This document shows, piece after piece, positions 1-13,095 of a stretch of 64,000 nt of DNA (position 1 is its first letter; every line of letters begins with the position of its first letter). Origin of the DNA: Octopus sinensis (Eukaryota). A model generated the notes under the pieces. That model was not told where the DNA came from. It ran no database searches and saw only the letters and a program-made list of their open reading frames with translations. The stretch lies in NCBI RefSeq assembly GCF_006345805.1, contig NC_043025.1, forward strand, positions 14,570,001-14,634,000. Reading direction: 5' to 3'. The position numbers were made by a program, and so were the translations under genes.

Positions 1-300
1 AACCATTTTGTTGCACAATGCGTCTCCATCTTTCCTTTAACTTGAAAATACCCTCTTCCCAGAATTGAGGTGGTTTCACGGCAAAGAATTCATCAAGGTA
101 TCTTTTTACTTCATCCAAGGAATTGAAATTTTTACCATTAAGACTATTCTGCAGAGACTTGAATAAGTGGAAATCCGAAGGAGTAATAATATCTGGTGAA
201 TATGGAGGGTGGGGTAACACATCCCGGCCGAGCTGCAGCAATTTTTGTCTGGTTCCCAAAGCATCAAGTGCTGAAAATGAATTTCCTTTTCTTCCATTTT
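1..300 (-). mobile_element. Internally deleted mariner transposase remnant (N-terminal start fused to C-terminal region)
   Basis: Minus strand reads MEEKEIHFQHLML (mariner N-terminus-like). It then shifts frame into ...QKLLQLGRDVLPHPPYSPDIITPSDFHLFKSLQNSLNGKNFNSLDEVKRYLDEFF...WEEGIFKLKERWRRIVQQNG, containing the mariner YSPD(L)APSD motif region. It runs off the window start. Confidence 0.85.
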
Positions 301-445
301 AAAGGGTTACAGAATTAACACAGGTTATAGGAAGATAAACCTTCTTTCACGAAAAGATAGCTTAAACTGTGCTCTAAATGGAGGTGTAGTCAAATCCTAT
401 TTTAGGGACTCAACCATGTTCTAAAATAAGTCGAAAGGTAAGCTA

Positions 446-803
<358 letters not shown>

Positions 804-829
804 TATATATATATATATATATACACTCA

Positions 830-1002
830 TGGAGTGGTTGGTGTTAGGAAAGGCATCCAGCTGTAGAAACACTGCCAGATCAAGATTGGAGCCTGGCGCA
901 GCCTCCTGGCTTCCCAGACACCGGTCGAACCGTCCAACTCATGCTAGCATGGAAAACGGATGTTAAACGATGATGATGATGAAGATGATGATGATATATA
1001 TA
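830..1002 (+). mobile_element. SINE/LINE-tail family D ending in (GAT)n; representative copy
   Basis: GTGGTTGGTGTTAGGAAAGGCATCCAGCTGTAGAAACACTGCC...CATGCTAGCATGGAAAACGGATGTTAAACGATGATGAT. Related copies at ~1880-2040, 2040-2190, 4740-4890, 18040-18240(-), 21200-21365, 24790-25170(-), 26200-26400(-), 32980-33070(-), 48190-48290, 54850-55000(-). A (GAT)n tail suggests RTE-type mobilisation (inference). Confidence 0.75.
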
Positions 1003-2337
1003 TTTATATGTATGTACGAGCAAAACACCCCCTGTCCAATGGACAGTGCTGAGTTGTCAAACATTTAAACCAAATTTTCTTAAAACAACTTGTCCGACCG
1101 TCCCATAGGCTTCCCCTTTGAGAAACACTGATTTAACCTAAATTTGAGACACCAGCAAAAGAAGAAATAAAGATAGACTTCTTTTCTATTCCAAAGAAAA
1201 ACGATTTTATTGCGTGTACAAATGCACGTTGCCACGGCTTTATCGATCGCATCCTCACCTGGAATCGATTTTTGTAATTTTTTCAAGACTTATACACACC
1301 CTGATACAGTCGGTATCTACATATCAATTTTGAGCGCAATCGGATGGAGGATGCCCAAGATCCTAGAAGACACACGCACAGACAGACAGAACGGATTTTA
1401 TATGAGATATATACGATGGGCTTCTTCCTGTTTCCACCTACCAAATCCACCCACAAGGATTTAGTTGGTCCAGAAGGTAAAGTAGTAGAATCATGTGTGA
1501 CACCTTGGGCAAGTGTCTTTCTCTATAGCCTTGGAGGTGGTGGATGGAAACTGAAAGAAGCTTGTCATCTATGTGTGTGTGTGGTGTTTACTTGACGTCG
1601 TGTGATAGTTGTAAACAAGTGTCTCTGTTGCACAAGCACTGTTGTTTATTTCTTCGGACCTCACAGAGGCAAGGCTGAGTTCCTTTCGAGCATTGGGCCT
1701 CATGGATGTAAAGTGGCTGAGCTCCTTTTGAGTGTTGGGCCTCATGGAGGCAGTGACCAAGACCTTTGGCATTATGTCATGCTTGAGAAGAAGACCCGGC
1801 AAGCTGAGCAAAATTGCAGTCATGGCAGAGACCGGTGTCACGCAAATGGTACCCGCAGCAGTGGCATGTAAAAGCACCCATTACATTCTCGAGGTGGTTG
1901 GCATTAAGAAGGGCATCCAGTCATAGAAAATCATACCAAATCAGACAGGAATTTGGTGCAGCCTTCCGGCATGCCAGCCCAGTCAAACCGTCCAACCCAT
2001 GCCAGCATGGACAACAGATGTTAAATGATGATGATGATGATTCTGTAAGAGCATGTCTGGAAACAGGTAAGGGCTGGGCATAGGAAGGGCTCCCGTCTGA
2101 CCATAGGAAATCTGCTGCCATTAATAATTCCATCTGACCCATGCCAGCATGGAAAAGCAGATGTTGATGATGATGATGATCATGATGATGTGTGTAAACG
2201 TCTCTAAAGGACTCAGACAGTGGCGTGACGTGGAATGTGTGGAGGGCACAGAGTGGCACATCGTTTGTCTCTGTTTGGTGGGGTCAGAGATATTTCCAAT
2301 TTGCTCCTTTAGCATTCAGATTTTTTTTTAGCCCTTT

Positions 2338-2640
2338 TCAAGCCTAGCCAGGCTCATGGGCCCAGTTTCTCGGTTTCTGTGGCGTATGTGTTCCCCCCAG
2401 CTGGACTGGATGCCAGTCCATCGCAGCGTTACTCAAGGAACAGGAAGAAAGAGTGAGAGAAAGTTTTGGGGCATAAGAGTACAACAGGGGTCGCCACCCC
2501 CACCCCACCTGCTGGAACCTCGTGGATCTTTTAGGTGTTTTCGCTCAATAACCACACACAACGCCTGGTCTGGGAATTGAAACTGCGATCCTCCGACCAC
2601 AAGTCTGCTGCCCTAACTACTGAGCCATTGCGTCTCCACA
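2338..2640 (-). mobile_element. tRNA-derived SINE family C
   Basis: The reverse complement starts GTGGAGACGCAATGGCTCAGTAGTTAGGGCAGC...GTTTCAATTCCC (pol III A and B boxes). A second near-identical copy lies at ~41188-41479. Confidence 0.8.
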
Positions 2641-4276
2641 ACATTCAGATTACTCTGTCAAATGTAATACTTAGCCGTTCACAGTTTTCAATTAATCCTG
2701 AGGTGTGGCTGTGTGGTAAGAAGTTTGCTTCCCAACTATGTGGTTCAGGGTTCAGTCCCACAGCGTGGCACCTTGTGTGAGTGTCTTCTATGGCCTCAGG
2801 TCAACCAAAGCCAATTGAGTAGATTTGGTAGATGGAAATTGGAAGAAGCCTGTTGTATATATATATATATATTCTTTTATTCTTTTACTTGTTTCAGTCA
2901 TTTGGCTGTGGTCATGCTGGAGCACCACCTTTCAGTCGAACAAATCGACCCCAAAACGTATTCTTTGTAAGCCTTGTACTTATTCTATCAGTCTCTTTTG
3001 TTGAACTGCTAAGTTATAGGGATGTAAACACGCTAACATCAGTTATCAAGCAATGGTGAGTGGGACAAACACAGACACACAAATACATACATGTGTGTAC
3101 ACACACACACACACACATATATATACGACGGGCTTCTTTCAGTTTCCATCTACCATATCCACTCACAAGGCTTTGGTCGACCTGGGGCTATGTTAGAAGG
3201 CACTTGCCCAAGATGCCATGCAGTGGGACTGAACCTGGAACCACGTGGTTGGGAAGCAAGCTTCTTACCACATGGCCACACCTGCACCTCTGTATATATG
3301 TGTGTGTGTCTTTGTGTCTGTGTTTGTACCCCACCATCACTTGACAACCAGTGTTGGTGTATTTACATCCCTATAACTGAGCAGTTCAGTCAAAGGATAT
3401 TGAGAAAATGAGTACTAGGCTTTAAACAATAAGTCCTGGATTCGATTTGGTTTGCTAAAAATCCTTTTGGGAGTACTCCAGCATGGCCGCAGTCACATGA
3501 GTGAAACAAGTAAAAAAAATACAAGAATATATAATGTATAATGTGTGTGTGTTCGTTTGTTTATTGCCGACCCCTGCTTGGCAACCGGTGTTGGTGTGTT
3601 TGCATCTCTGTAACATAGGAGTCTGGCAAAGAGATCAATAGAATAATCATTGGGCTTAACAAAAGAAATAGTCACTGGGGTTGATTTGTTTGACTAAAAA
3701 AAACTTCAAGGTGTTGCTCCAGCATGGCCACAGTCTAATGACAGAAACAAGTTAAATGTTGTGTAGATCTGAGGTTTCAGTGACATGTTGTTTATTTTCA
3801 GAAGCATGTTGCTGGGTAAGCGCAAGAGGCCAGACCTGGCTTGTTTGAGTTGAGTGTAAAGTAAACAGAATATCTGGGCCCCGAGTGTGGCCCAGTTTTT
3901 AAATGCTGTAGGGTTTTAAATGCAAGTATATTACTAAATGGCAGGGTTGAAACCTGTCTAATGCAAGATCTGGCTTTGGAATTGGGAGAAAGGAGAGAGG
4001 GGGGAAGGGGCCAGAAGTGGATGACCTGAACTCAGGTTTTTGGAGGTCATCTGTCAGATACTTTCCTGTATAATGAATGAGAGAGACCAATCCGCTATAT
4101 ACATATATATATTATATATACACATACACTATATATATATTTATATATACATACATATACAGACACTGTATATAGTTCTTTGTCCATTTATACACTACAT
4201 ATACTCCTTTATCTATACACATATCACACATATATACATGTATATATTATATATTATATATTATATATTATATATG

Positions 4277-4376
4277 NNNNNNNNNNNNNNNNNNNNNNNN
4301 NNNNNNNNNNNNNNNNNNNNNNNNNNNNNNNNNNNNNNNNNNNNNNNNNNNNNNNNNNNNNNNNNNNNNNNNNNNN
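4277..4376. other. Assembly gap (100 N)
   Basis: Run of N next to a (TA)-rich microsatellite. Confidence 0.99.
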
Positions 4377-4913
4377 CAGCCAGGGCTGGGAGTTGAACTC
4401 ACTACATCATGATTGTGATCCCGATGATCTAACCACTGAGCCATGCACCTTCACATTAAAATGGATTAAGTAAACCATATTTCCCATTTGTCTAATTTCT
4501 CCTTAATTACTCTCATCTACTCCCCCTCCTCATCCTCCTGTCTTTGTGGTCCTTTCTCACTGTGTTGCTTTCTTTTACTCATTACCTGCCACCAAGCCTA
4601 GTGTGTCTGTATGTGTGTGTGTGCATTCATCTTGCACCTCTTATGTTATGTACCTCTCTACTTATGATGATGTGTGTCTGTGTGTCTTTGTCATGGCGTC
4701 GTGTGGCAGGTCGTAAATGAGAGCCACCGTCATATACGTAGTGCCCTTCCTTGAAAACCATGTCATGCCTTGGGGAAATATTACCTTGCCTGGAAATTGA
4801 TGAGGGCCAGTGATGGGAAGGGCGTCCACCTCAACGAATTCCATCTGATCCATGCAAGCATGGAAAAGAGGATTTTGAAATGATGGTGACGATGCTATAC
4901 ACACATGTATATA

Positions 4914-4966
<53 letters not shown>

Positions 4967-5534
4967 CTGTATGCACTCACTCACTTTCATATATATATAT
5001 ATATATACACACAACACACAAACACATATACACATATGTATATTTTGATATATATATACACCCACCCATATACCCATGTGTGTGTGTATAATACACACAC
5101 ACACACACACATACTTATGCTTTTATACACACTTGCACACACATTCATATATATATACATACACACATATATGCACAGATATGCACACACACACACACTG
5201 CCTACTCCATAGTCACTGGTAATTTCTTTTTCATCTTGCATTGGCACAAAGCCACCATTTTCTCTTTGTTAAACGTTTCGTGCGAGGAGGGAAGCTGCTG
5301 TAACCTTGAACTTGCCCATGGTGCAGCCACCACAGATAGAGGTAGGCAGTATGGCCTTGACCTTCACAGCTCACCCACTCTTCCGACCCCACGGTGAGGC
5401 AGTTTTGAGGGTTGGGCCTTGTGCAGGACTTACGTCTGGTCAATTTGATCATAAAATAGATAGAATATTTGGGCCAGATATGGTCAGTTTAAATGGTGAA
5501 GGGCCAAAGCCAAACCCTGGACACATTGTGTAAT

Positions 5535-6790
5535 CTGTGAATGACCCTTTCAGAGGCAGTTCCATGGCCCAAAGCTGAAACCACAACACATGCTACCATT
5601 CTGGGTCAGAGTAAACTTGTGGCTAAAAGATGTTTCCACACTTTTCAAAACCCTGGATCTCCTGTGTCAAGGCCTCACTATCAGATGCAGTTTAAAATCA
5701 TAACCAGGACATATTGGCGGGGGGGGGGGGGAGCTGGCAGAAGCGTTAGAACGCTTTGCTGTATTTCATCTGTCTTTGTGTTCTGAGTCCAAATTCTGCC
5801 GAGATCGACTTTCCCTTTCATGCTTTTGGGGTTGTTAAATTAAGTACCAGTTGCATACTGGGGTTGATCTAATTGACTGGCCCTCTCCTCTAAAATTTCA
5901 GGCCTTGTGCCTAGAGTAGGAAAGAATGAAATTTTAAAAGCAATTCCATAATATGCTATCTAACCTGTTGGTGGGGTCCTGACAAGTGCTGCTACTCTGT
6001 TAGAGTTCTCCTCGGAATAATAAGGGATAAGAGGTGATCCCAGACCTCTATATGATGCAGTTTAAAGTTATACCCAGGATATACTGGGGTAGTTTATGAG
6101 TAACCTTTCAGAAGCAATTTTAAGGGATGCTAATTAAAGCTGGGACCCTGGCAAGTGCTACTCCAGAGCAAGGTAGACCTGGCAACAATACTAAGTAAGA
6201 GGTGGTTCCACACACACCAAAATCCTGGGTCTCTCAATTGAAGGCCCCAATACTGGATGCAGTAGAATCTACAAATAAAACAGTGGCTCAGGGGTGGGTC
6301 CATACTCCTCAAACTCTTGTGCTAGGGCCCCAATACCAGATGCAGTCTGTGACTGACCTTTTGGAAGCAGTTCCAAGAGATGCTAATTAACTCAAAGTTG
6401 AGACCCTGACAGGTGATACTATGCTAGGTCAGAGTAAACTTGAGGTGGTTTGACATTCCTTAAAATCCTGGATCTCTCTAATGAGGGCCTTTATACCAGA
6501 TGCAGCTCAAAGTCATACCCAGGACAAATTAGGGGTCAATGAGTGACCTTCTTTTGGAAGCAATTCCATTAACCCTGACAAGTGATACCATCTGGAGCAC
6601 TGGAGGCTGAGGAGTGGTTCCACTCTCCTTAAAACCCTAGATCTCTCCAATGAGGGCCCCGGTACTGGGTACAGTACAATCTGCAATCAAGACAGTGGCT
6701 AAGGAGTGGTTCTGCATTCCTCAAAACCCTGAAACTCCTGAACTAGGGCTTCACCATAAGATGCAATACCCAAGACACTGAAGTTACACT
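5535..6790. repeat. Degenerate tandem array of ~200-bp units, interrupted by a SINE at ~5735-5930
   Basis: Recurring blocks GACCTTTTGGAAGCARTTCC, GACCCTGACAAGTGCTAC, GGTGGTTCCAC...AAAATCCTGG, GGGCCCCAATACCAGATGCAG and CATACCCAGGAC occur 4-5 times. Confidence 0.7.
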
Positions 6791-6919
6791 GCATTTAAGT
6801 GCACATGGCACTGAATTGGTACAGCACTCTGCTAAACCAGCATCATGTTGCACAGTGCATCAAACTGCACTATGGCTGTAGTGTGAACACCACCACCACC
6901 ATCCCTAGGGTCTGTTTCA

Positions 6920-7600
6920 GCCTGTTAGAAATAGCAGCTAAATGTCCCTCAAATCCCATACTGCTGTCTTTAACCAAAACCAAGATTGGATGGTCACGGC
7001 TGGTATACACCAACAGCAACTATAGCTCAAAAGCATCTTCTTCATGCTTGGCTCGGTCTGGCTAGAAACAGCAGCCAAATTCCCTCCGTGTTTATAATAG
7101 GAAGGACACATAAGATAAGGATGTACTAGATATACTGTTTAGAAAAAAATCAGCTTGATGGTCATGGCTGGGTTACTTCTGGTTATTATATTTATATATA
7201 TCCGTTTAGTGTGACTGACCAGCTTCTATATAGTGCTAGAAATAGCAGCCAAATCTCTTTCGAATTGTCTTGTGTGTTTATAATAGGAAGAACACGTAAG
7301 ATAACGATGTGCTAATGCTGCCTAGAAAAAATAAGCGTGGTGGTCATGGCTGGGATATTTTTGGCTATATGTCTCTCCGGTGTGCACTGAGCCTAGGGTT
7401 AAGTGACAATAATGGCTCAAACCTGCTTCTATACGGTCGTCTAGGTCTGCTGGAAACAGCAGCCAAATTCCATCCAAATTGTCTTCTGTGTTTATAATAG
7501 GAAGGACACGTTAGATAAGAACGTTCTAAATATGCTGTGTGTATGTGGAAAAAAATCGATGTGATGGTCACGGCTAGGATAACATTGACCAAGTCTGTCT
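6920..7600. repeat. Degenerate ~190-bp tandem units related to the 126-bp minisatellite
   Basis: GCTAGAAAYAGCAGCCAAAT...GGAAGGACACRTAAGATAA...GATGGTCAYGGCTGG repeats at ~7060, ~7235 and ~7445, plus a partial unit at ~6920. Confidence 0.7.
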
Positions 7601-7839
7601 TGGCTGCCCTATCAAGTTGGCGATCCGGAGCTGCATGTCACCCCCACCACCATCACTGTATCGACAGTCACCTCCACCACCACCATCATCATCTCTACTA
7701 TTGTAACTCCCACCATCACCACTTACAGTCACCGTCGCCACCATCATAACTTCGTCACCACCGCCACCACCGCTTCGACTGCTACAGCCAGCATCAACTG
7801 CCAGTGGCGAGTGGAAGTAGCAGTGTTGGTAGTAGTGGG

Positions 7840-8482
7840 AGGAGGGAGAGAGAGAGAGGGAGGTGGATTGAGAAAGATGTGGATCTGTCTGTCTGTCTAT
7901 GTATAGATAGAGATATCGATTGAGAGAGAGGGGGGGAGAGTAGATCTATCTGTCGCCCTGTTTATAGATAGAGACATGGAAAGCGAGGGGAGACAGAGAC
8001 GGATAGATTAATAGAGAGAGAGAGAGAGAGAGCCATGGATTCATATAGAAAGTGAAGAGGTACCAGCATCCATAGTGAAATATAAGATACCCTGGGATAG
8101 AAGAGAAAGATAAAATATAAATAATAATGGGGAAGAAAGAAAGAAAGATAGATAGATAGATATATAAAGAGAGAGAGAAAGAGGGGGAGAAAAGCAGTAA
8201 GATATATAGTATAGCAAAGTAGGAAGATAGAGTAAGAGATGGTGGTGGTGAGAGTAGCAGTGGTAAGAGAGATATAGACAAAGACTGAGAGAGGAAGAGG
8301 AAAACGGTATAAAGATGAGAGAGAGAAAAACCATGGGATAGTGAGAGAGTTAATGGCGAGGAGGAAGAGTTAAAGAGAATGTAGACAGATAGATGCATAG
8401 AAATAGAGAGAGAGAGAGATAGTTGAGGAGGAGGAAGAGATGACAAAAGGTGTAGAGAGAAGAAAGCAGTAACAGTCTGTCT

Positions 8483-8513
<31 letters not shown>

Positions 8514-8558
8514 TACAGGGAGGGAGAGAATGAGGACGGTTTAATAAGAATGTTAAGA

Positions 8559-8593
<35 letters not shown>

Positions 8594-9170
8594 GAGAGAG
8601 AGAGAGGGGGGAAAGAGAAAGGGAGAGAAAAAGAAGAAATAGGACAAGTGTAGAAAGACAGAGAGAGAGTGGATGGAAAACTAATAATACATATATATGG
8701 AGAGAGAGAGAGAGAGAGAAAGATATACACACACACACGTATGTATAGAGAGAAAAAGATAAGTGTGTGGAAAGAGAGAGAGATAGAGTGGAAGAGAGTA
8801 TGTCATTACAGAGCGAGAGGGAGGAAAAGAGTTAAGAGAAGTGCAGAGAGAGAGAGGGAGAGAGGTACAGGCAGACAGAGAGAAGGAAGGAGGAACATGT
8901 GAAAAGATGAGTAGAGAGAGAGAGAGAGAGAGAGATTGAGAGAGAAGGGGAAGGTAGAAGTAAGAAACGGATTGGAGTGAGGAAGAGAGAGAAGAGGGAG
9001 ATAAAGGCTTATGTAGAGAAAGACAAAGAGAGGGAGATAGAGAGGGAATAGCGAGAGAGGGACTCATACTGACAGAGGAGGAGGAAAAACTAACAAAAGA
9101 AGCGGAGAGAGAGAAAGTGATAGAGGAAGAGGAAGAGTTTAACAAGCAGAGTGAAGAGAGAGAGTGTGAG
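7840..9170. repeat. Long purine-rich (GA/AG) low-complexity tract
   Basis: Mosaic of (GA)n, (GATA)n and (GAA)n with strong strand asymmetry. Confidence 0.9.
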
Positions 9171-9393
9171 AGCGATGGACGAAGTGGCAGAGTGGGAGGC
9201 GACATCGCCACCGTCTCCGCCCCCACCACCGTCATCATAATTAACATTAACAACAACAACAGCAGCAGCAGCAGCCACTTCCTCTTCGGGAGTAAAAAAA
9301 AACAAAAATAAGCAAAAAGCAAAAAAATCTCTTTTCAGGGGAAATGTTCAGAATCAAGCTCTGACTGAAGGAGCTGGGATATATACACAGGCG

Positions 9394-9425
<32 letters not shown>

Positions 9426-10553
9426 TATATATATATACTAGATCACTACTGGACATCGTCTACATCACCCCTATTATTACCAAGGAACAAGAGGGATCTA
9501 TATATACACACACACATATATATAGACTTGTCATACAAATCATTCTATACATACGCGCATATATACATTTGTGTTATATTACATACACACGCAGTAATAA
9601 TAATAATATACACAGTTGATATACATACGGTCAAATACTCGATTCTACACACACACATATATATATACACACACAGTTAATATACTTCCATATATTTATG
9701 TATACACACGCGATTATATGTAATATATAACACAATTGATAAACATACTGTCGTATATTATATATAATATATACAGAATTGTTATAGACGTACACATGAT
9801 CTATAGCAGCATTATATAGTTATATATATATATATATATATATATACGTATACTGTTTACAATCATTTTTACACACACAAACAGTTATGATATATGCAGG
9901 TTTAATATATACATGCGATCGTATATAATTTATACGCGTACACACATGCAGTACTAAGTAGTTATAAATATATATACACAAACTTATAGTATATATTTAT
10001 ACATATATATACACACACGCAATTACTTATCTACTTAGACACACGATCCTTTATCATACGTGTATATATACAAACGATGATCTACACACACACACATTTA
10101 TAAACACACTCACATCCGCGTACATTTACACACACACCGTTAATGTATGTGTGTGTTTGCGTGTGTCATTCAACACACACACACGCACATGTCTTTGACT
10201 TCTTGCAAGGAATCCTGCCAAAGCCAGAGAAAAGAGGAAGAATATCAAATATTATTATCACTCTAGTGGCCAGCGGCCGTTTCTCTGCTACCATTCCTGC
10301 CATATCATTATATATGCATCCTATACACACATGATCGTGTCTATATAAACACATATGCCTATATATAATTAACTATATACATACACACACACATATATAA
10401 GGCAATGAAACGGTCCATAAAACATCTTTAGAAATAAATTATTTTTTTCTCCTTCCTTCTTCGTAATTAAATAACATTTTTTGATTAGCGATCTTTATTA
10501 ATAATTGTCTGTTTCTATATTCTGAGATCAAGGAACTCATTAACAGGACGCGC

Positions 10554-10602
<49 letters not shown>

Positions 10603-11788
10603 TATAACATACGCCTCTTATTTTTAAATATACATATATTATATATTTTTAATGTACACATATATTATGAAATCTACACATACACTCACGTTTGTATGTA
10701 TATGTATACATTGATTGATTATACACATAAAAAATATACATAAAGACGTACATATACACACGCCTAGCTACACGCACTTCGTACATATATATATATATAC
10801 ACACACTTTTTGTCAAACTACACACATAAAAAATTATCTACATCAATACGTTGTACATACATATACACACAAATACGTGTATATATATACATATATACAC
10901 GCATACTGTATCAAGCTACGAAAAAAATATATACGTATACATTTTACACACACACACATACCCTTATATATTCATTCTATACACAAACACATGTATGTAT
11001 ACATTCACTCGCTGTGTGATTAGTGTGTGTTTAACGGATTATCACTGATCATTACCGGAAATTTTACGTTTACCAAAAATCGTGGATATCTTAAACGAAA
11101 TCATATATATATATATATAGCGATTCTATATTGCATATGTGTGTATATATTCATATACACATATATTGAATACCAACGGAAACGTCAACATTAAACATAC
11201 ACCCATAATATATATATATATCATTAATGCTTGTTAATATATATATATATATTAACGATGGCGTAACTGGCCAAAACTTCGAAGTCATTGTCAATAATAT
11301 TCTTGTTTAATATAATATTTATATATATATATATATATATATAGCGTTGAGTATTGGCATTTGTGAAGCCGGGAGGAGCGAGCACCTGCTGCAAAAAGTA
11401 GTACTCAATACTTATGTTTATTTGTGTGCCGCTGTTTTAGTTGCGTGTGTGTGTATATACGACGCCTGTGGCTTTTTGAAACCCTGGAGATTATTTTAAA
11501 CATTTCAAACGTAACGGATGACACACACACACACACATATACACACACTCGCGCGCGCGCGCAGACACCAGGATTATTTCTTGTGCGATTTCCGTCTTCA
11601 TGTCTTGTTACCAAATTCTTCAAACACACACACACACACAGTCACAGACGCATGCTTCTTCCCCAAACGAAGTCCTTGTAGTTCTTCTTTGTTCTGATGA
11701 TTGTCATAATTAAATTAAATCTAATTGCTGATTAAAAATATATATATATATTTATTTATAAAACAAAAAAAACAAACTGTCCAAAACC

Positions 11789-11825
11789 ATGACTGGGAAT
11801 ATGTTAAAATTTGGTCGTCCTGTAG
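11789..11825 (+). CDS. CBFA2T1: Candidate first coding exon of the MTG/ETO/nervy gene (MTGNMLKFGRPV + G, phase 1)
   Basis: AAAACC-ATG context (A at -3), 12 open codons plus 1 nt, then a consensus donor AG|GTGAGT at 11826. The phase 1 end fits the phase 1 start of exon 55355 (G|GT = Gly). There is no homology support, so the link to the gene is inference. Confidence 0.5.
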
Positions 11826-11954
11826 GTGAGTATATATAAATACGTGTGTGTGTATATAAATATATATACATTTTTGTTCATTTTTATTTTATAGTAATTA
11901 TATATTTGTTTTATTGTCTATCAGTTTATTTTATTTATTATTGTTGTTGTTGTT

Positions 11955-12170
11955 AAGGCGGTGAGCTGGCAGAATCGTTAGCACAGTGGGCAAAAAAGTG
12001 TTTTATCCATCTTGACATTCTGAGTTCAAATTCTACTGAGGTCAACTTTACCTTTCATCCTTTCGGGGGTCGTTAAATTAAGTACCATTTACATACTTGG
12101 GCCAATCTAATCGACTGCTCCAGCTACCTCCCCCAAAATTTCGGACCTTGTTTCTAGAGTAGAAAAGATT
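11955..12170 (+). mobile_element. tRNA-derived SINE family B (central domain resembling the MetaSINE domain); representative copy
   Basis: AAGGCGGTGAGCTGGCAGAATCGTTAGC (A box), GAGTTCAAATTC (B box), GGTCAACTTTACCTTTCATCCTTTCGGGGGTCGTTAAATTAAGTACC. Further copies at ~5735, 12195, 12555, 13710, 13885, 16870, 17090, 17520, 25195(-), 27450(-), 28465, 39490(-), 45560, 55165, 56390(-), 56963, 61100, 61300. The Meta-domain assignment is from recall and unverified. Confidence 0.8.
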
Positions 12171-13048
12171 ATTATTATTATTATTATTGTGCAAGCTGGC
12201 AGAATCGGTAGCACGCCAGGCAAAATGCTTACCGGTAGTTTGTCTGTTATGTTCTGAGTTCAAATTCTGCCGAGGTCAACTTTGTTTTTCATATTTCGGG
12301 GTTGATTAAATAAGTACCTATTTCTTTACTGCCCTCAAGGGGCTAAACACAGAGGGGACAAACAAGGACAGACAGAATGATTAAGTCGATTACATCGACC
12401 CAGTGCATAGCTGGTACTTATTTAATCAACCCCGAAAGGATGAAAGGATTAAATAAGTACCAGTTATGCACTGGGGTCATTGTGATCCACCTAATCCCTT
12501 CCCCCAAATTTGAGGCCTTGTGCTTCTAGTAGAAAGGATTATTATTATTATTGCTGTGAACTGGCAGAATCATTAGCACGCCGGACAGAATGCTTGGCAG
12601 TTCTTCAGACTTTACATCCTGAGTTCAAATTCCCCTAAGGCCGACTCTGTCTTTCGTCCTTTCAGGACTCAATAAACTAAGAACCAATTGAGCACTGGGC
12701 TGGTCAATGTAATCGACTTACTCTCTTGCTGGCCTTCTGCCAAAAATGTGAAATCATCAGCATTAAGGAGAAGGGCTCTTTCCCTGTTCTTCAGGGATCT
12801 GCGGCTTTTGTGGGGTTTTTCCATGAGGACCTTAAAGCACCTCCCCCTATACTCTTTTACTTGTTTCAGTCATTTGACTGCAGCCATGCTGGAGCACCGC
12901 CTTTAGTCGAGCAAATCGACCCCAGGACTTATTCTCTGTAAGCCTAGTACTTATTCTATCAGTCTCTTTTGCCGAACCGCTAAGTTACAGGGACGTAAAC
13001 ACACCACCATCGGTTGTCAAGCGATGTTGGAGGGACAAACACTGATAA

Positions 13049-13095
<47 letters not shown>

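Noticed and set aside
2560-2640. tRNA genes (here and at other SINE heads)
   Set aside because: A and B boxes are present, but there is no complete cloverleaf and each continues into a SINE body.
7620-7830. His-rich ORF and similar Gly/Val/Thr-rich ORFs at 23800-24540 and 39900-40700
   Set aside because: They are CAC/GGT/ACT trinucleotide low-complexity DNA without credible splice sites or family similarity.
7946-8736. Leu/Ser-rich 233-aa ORF and overlapping ORFs
   Set aside because: They are the reverse translation of the GA-rich low-complexity tract.
11345-11410. TTGAGTA...TACTCAA hairpin near the candidate promoter
   Set aside because: Only about 7-9 bp of pairing around a long unpaired loop, which is compatible with chance.
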